From a virus (Duplodnaviria > Caudoviricetes): 27,856 bases of DNA. The DNA lies in the IMG/VR virus record IMGVR_UViG_3300031949_000139, positions 1 to 27,856 of that record, one strand, 5' to 3'. Under the pieces are notes generated by a model. It was not told where the DNA came from and searched no databases. It saw only the letters and a list, made by a program, of their open reading frames with translations. Of this stretch, positions 24,627 through 27,856 are shown piece by piece. Positions within the stretch are counted from its first letter, which is position 1. Every line of letters starts with the position of its first letter. A program made the translations under genes and the position numbers.

Positions 24627-26640
24627 CTTCCCCTCCTTTACTTTCTCCACCCGCGCCACGAGCCCTTGCAGCGTCCTGCTCTCCGGCCAGCTGAGCATCA
24701 GCCTCATCAAGTACCTTTTGCTCCGCTGCTGCTTGGCCCTGTTTCAACTTATTCACTTCATCGGGTTTTGTACAATACCTCTCAGGGTCTTTAACTCCGT
24801 CATTTTCCATAAAATCACGGAAGGCATTATACAGGTCTTCGGGTGTGACAATAAGACCTAACTGTATTTGAGCAACTACATACTCTAAACGCCTGGCAAA
24901 CTTCATCGCCATACGCTCTTTATCAAGGTTATCTATAGAACCTGTAGGTGTTATCTGAGGTACAAAGTTAAAATCCTCTTTTGTAATGGTAACACCATCT
25001 ACAACAATGGGCTCATCCAATCTATCCCGTAAGATGTAGAACACCATGGTGTATACCTGGCGCAACGTCTCATTCCAAAGCATAATATCTAGGGATAAGA
25101 GATTTTGGGATACCTGCATACCTTGCTGGATTTCACCTAATGTCTTTCCACCACCACGGTTAGTAGCATTTCTAAAGAGCTGGTCTACACTACCGAGATA
25201 CTCTTCAGCATACGCCTTTAATGTCTGGTTGATACGCTCACTAGATAAATCAACCTTGCTCTGGCCATCATCTAATCGAGATATCTCACTATGCTGAGCT
25301 ACCTTAAGTTTCTGCCCAGGAATAAACCTTACAGAGCTAGATTGTATTTTAGACGAAGTTAATACCGTATATATTGGAGCATTGTTAATATCATCACGGA
25401 TAAGCATGTTATTCATAGACCGTTCCATAAACTCCTGAACAGCCCTTATCATCTCGGGTACCCCACGAGAGTCATGGTATCTCCAAGACTTAGACTCATG
25501 GTCATGCTTCACATAATTCCATGTATCCAAATCATAGGGGAATGGCATCATCTGAAGTAATGAGTCTTCCGGTGTAGCAACATCCGGCATAAACGTGAAG
25601 AGCCAGCGTTCATAGCGTTTTGACCCTTCAGGCTTATACCAGGTGACAGTCTCGCGTATGCGGTAGAGGCCGTCGTCATTTTCAGGATTTTCCTGTATGC
25701 CCTCGTTACGCGAAAGTTGCGTGTCAACTACATCATATTCATTCTTGCTAGCCGGCTTAAATTCCAGTTTGTCTAACTTCTCAACTATCTTAGGGTTAAA
25801 TCTTTTTGCCAGCGCAGCTTCCTCCATCTCCCTCTTACCATAGAAGTACTCGTGTGTCACCCTCTCAGCTGTACCTATATCAGTAGTATATGCAGGTACT
25901 ATAATCTTTTCAGCTGGCGGTATTATAACATCAGGGAATGCCCTAACATCCTCATAGGTAAAAATAATTGTAGTTTCACCATCCCTAAACTGAGCAATGA
26001 TATCATCCACCGTTTCTTTGTCATCCTCATCAGCATAGTCAAAACCAAAGCGATTACAAATGAAGGCTTGGAGCTCTTCATCCGAGCCAGATTTCAACTC
26101 ATCCAAGATGTTAGGAGGATAAGTAGTTAAGTCTAAAGTCTTGGTCTTCATCATAGACTCAAACTTCTCTATTACCTTAAATATACAGTGGCCTTTTTCA
26201 AGGAAGTTATCTACAGCAATAGCTAATTTCTTAAGCCAGTCCATCTTGCGCTTCAAGATAAAGTTTATACCAAGTTCTGCACGCTCAAGCTGTTTCTGGT
26301 CTACCGGTTTTGTTTGTTCTTGACCTGAAGTCGTATCAACCTCTACAGTACATAGCTTCTTCTGCGAATAAGCAGACATAACATAATTAGGCTTTTGCTT
26401 CCTAATAAGTTTATCCGTTTCCGGAAGAGGTATGTTAGGTGCACCTGGATAAGGCTTATTACTCAGACGCTTTATGCCTAGCCTCTGATTTGCAGCAGTG
26501 ATAAGCTTGTTCTTCCAAGTCATTCTAGCGTCATCATCATTCTGCACATTCACTCTCAGGTCCGAAAAGTATTTACTGAACTCTTCTGGAAATGCATTCG
26601 GTATTGGCTGAGTCTGGTCTTGTACTTGAGCTTCTTCCAT
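24583..26640 (-). CDS. portal protein (P22-like)
   Basis: About 685 aa between terminase and scaffold. YHDSRGVPE...Q...MNNML, RFIPGQ, KTLGEIQ portal-like motifs. Start MEEAQ at 26640 with GGGAG RBS. Confidence 0.85.
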   Translation of the reverse strand: MEEAQVQDQTQPIPNAFPEEFSKYFSDLRVNVQNDDDARMTWKNKLITAANQRLGIKRLSNKPYPGAPNIPLPETDKLIRKQKPNYVMSAYSQKKLCTVEVDTTSGQEQTKPVDQKQLERAELGINFILKRKMDWLKKLAIAVDNFLEKGHCIFKVIEKFESMMKTKTLDLTTYPPNILDELKSGSDEELQAFICNRFGFDYADEDDKETVDDIIAQFRDGETTIIFTYEDVRAFPDVIIPPAEKIIVPAYTTDIGTAERVTHEYFYGKREMEEAALAKRFNPKIVEKLDKLEFKPASKNEYDVVDTQLSRNEGIQENPENDDGLYRIRETVTWYKPEGSKRYERWLFTFMPDVATPEDSLLQMMPFPYDLDTWNYVKHDHESKSWRYHDSRGVPEMIRAVQEFMERSMNNMLIRDDINNAPIYTVLTSSKIQSSSVRFIPGQKLKVAQHSEISRLDDGQSKVDLSSERINQTLKAYAEEYLGSVDQLFRNATNRGGGKTLGEIQQGMQVSQNLLSLDIMLWNETLRQVYTMVFYILRDRLDEPIVVDGVTITKEDFNFVPQITPTGSIDNLDKERMAMKFARRLEYVVAQIQLGLIVTPEDLYNAFRDFMENDGVKDPERYCTKPDEVNKLKQGQAAAEQKVLDEADAQLAGEQDAARARGAGGESKGGEDVSGAGKKTATPVQ

Positions 26641-26641
26641 A

Positions 26642-27856
26642 TCAATACTCCCACGGTAACAGTTCGTTAGGGACACCTTGATTGAGCTTCCAACCGTAGT
26701 CGTCTCGGACTACTTCCTCAACTGGTATATAACGTCTAAAATCTCGAGCTTCATCTTTCAACATTCTAGCCCCCCACAGATACATAATGAAGGTATCAGC
26801 TCTGTCAGGGGATTGGCCTAATCTCTTTCTAGTCTCGTCCTTAGGCTCAACCATGATTTTCCCATTAGAGCGATATTGATAATTCACTGACCCAAGCTGG
26901 CGAACAAGCTTAGGGTCATTTATAATAGATACTTTACCTTGTTCAAACTGTTCACGGGCATACCACCACATCTCAGTCTTCAGGTTGTAGAACCTTTCAT
27001 CATCAGACTTATTACCTACATTTATGGGTACGACCGGAGCCCCTTGTTCTTTAAGGGAATCTGTAACTCCTCCACCTACACCTATATCATCTATCAGGAT
27101 AAGACGAGCGCCAGTCTTTTTCATCTTAACAATCAACCGGCCGACAGTCTCCATTAGGGATTGCTTGTAAGCAATATCTTGTTCAAGCAGCATATTGCCT
27201 TCCCCATACTGAATAACAATCTCATCATCCCCAAAGCGAGCAATATCTGAAGCGATAATCTTTTTATCCTCTTTCACTATCTCTCTATTGACAGCAGCCC
27301 TAATCCAATTCGAAGGGATAACAGAGTTGCCTCGGGATAACTCATCCCATGAGCCCTCAAGGAAGCGTTTAACCCATTCTTCAGGGTATGTCTTACGAAG
27401 CTGTTTCTCATAGTCAGTAGGTAGATAAGGGTTATCTTTAGGAAGGGAAGGGATGAACAGATAATCATCCCCACCACCCATCATAACAAAGTCATCTCTA
27501 AGCCAGCAATCATCAGGGTTAGATGTAAGCAATCCAAAATATGAAGGAAACTTCCCAGAAGGGAGCCGGCGTCTAAGGCGAGACTGGAACAGGAGGAAGT
27601 GTTCCTTAGATACCTCAGACGCCTCATCAATAGCAAACCACCCGAGCTCCATAGACTTAAGCTTAGATACGTTTTCTTCTTCTGACATACCTAGATATAT
27701 AATTTCGCTGCCGTTAACCAAAGTGATGACATGTTCCGATTGATTATGGTTAGCAATCAATTCGGGAGGGAAGCACTCGAGAAGGGTTTTCAGGGTTGAG
27801 TTCTTGAAGTCCGTTAAGTGGTAACGGCAGATAACGCCACGATTTCCGGGGTATTG
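26642..27856 (-). CDS. terL: terminase large subunit (5' end outside window)
   Basis: Frame is open to the window edge (QYPGNRGVICRY...). Walker B WFAIDEA, coupling motif LTSNP, DNPYLP..Y, nuclease motifs DIARFGDD, DDIGVGGGV and SPDRAD. Confidence 0.93.
   Translation of the reverse strand, partial: QYPGNRGVICRYHLTDFKNSTLKTLLECFPPELIANHNQSEHVITLVNGSEIIYLGMSEEENVSKLKSMELGWFAIDEASEVSKEHFLLFQSRLRRRLPSGKFPSYFGLLTSNPDDCWLRDDFVMMGGGDDYLFIPSLPKDNPYLPTDYEKQLRKTYPEEWVKRFLEGSWDELSRGNSVIPSNWIRAAVNREIVKEDKKIIASDIARFGDDEIVIQYGEGNMLLEQDIAYKQSLMETVGRLIVKMKKTGARLILIDDIGVGGGVTDSLKEQGAPVVPINVGNKSDDERFYNLKTEMWWYAREQFEQGKVSIINDPKLVRQLGSVNYQYRSNGKIMVEPKDETRKRLGQSPDRADTFIMYLWGARMLKDEARDFRRYIPVEEVVRDDYGWKLNQGVPNELLPWEY

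Noticed and set aside
804-27477. Numerous 60-125 aa plus-strand or nested alternate-frame ORFs in the track
   Set aside because: They overlap well-supported minus-strand genes that already tile the region with RBSs and coupled stops and starts.
1-27856. tRNA, rRNA, CRISPR array, intron or intein
   Set aside because: No intergenic space is large enough, and no such motifs or unexplained insertions are seen in the terminase, portal or capsid genes.

Overview
The window is almost entirely one tightly packed minus-strand late/structural operon of a tailed dsDNA phage with podovirus-like (P22/N4-gp56-type) gene order. In transcription order it reads: terminase large subunit (5'-truncated), portal, small ORFs, acidic scaffold, major capsid, putative decoration protein, a six-enzyme modification block (GT9, methyltransferase fusion, B12-dependent radical SAM, GT2, GT9, methyltransferase), small Thr-rich beta proteins and a beta-repeat fibre, head-tail adaptor, tail nozzle, a 766-aa fibre with about 66 Cys, a secreted protein, a third atypical GT9 (Lys at the usual catalytic Asp), a GNAT-like protein, three ejection proteins (the last carrying a PARP-like ADP-ribosyltransferase domain and a SleB-like hydrolase domain), and two membrane proteins. 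The operon ends at a bidirectional terminator facing two plus-strand ORFs. The best candidate for an undescribed system is a virion post-translational modification apparatus embedded among the structural genes. It includes possible S-glycosylation of the Cys-rich fibre by the base-less GT9 and building of methylated glycans on Thr/Ser-rich capsid and tail proteins. GATC is almost absent. All family calls come from motif recognition by eye; no database search was run.
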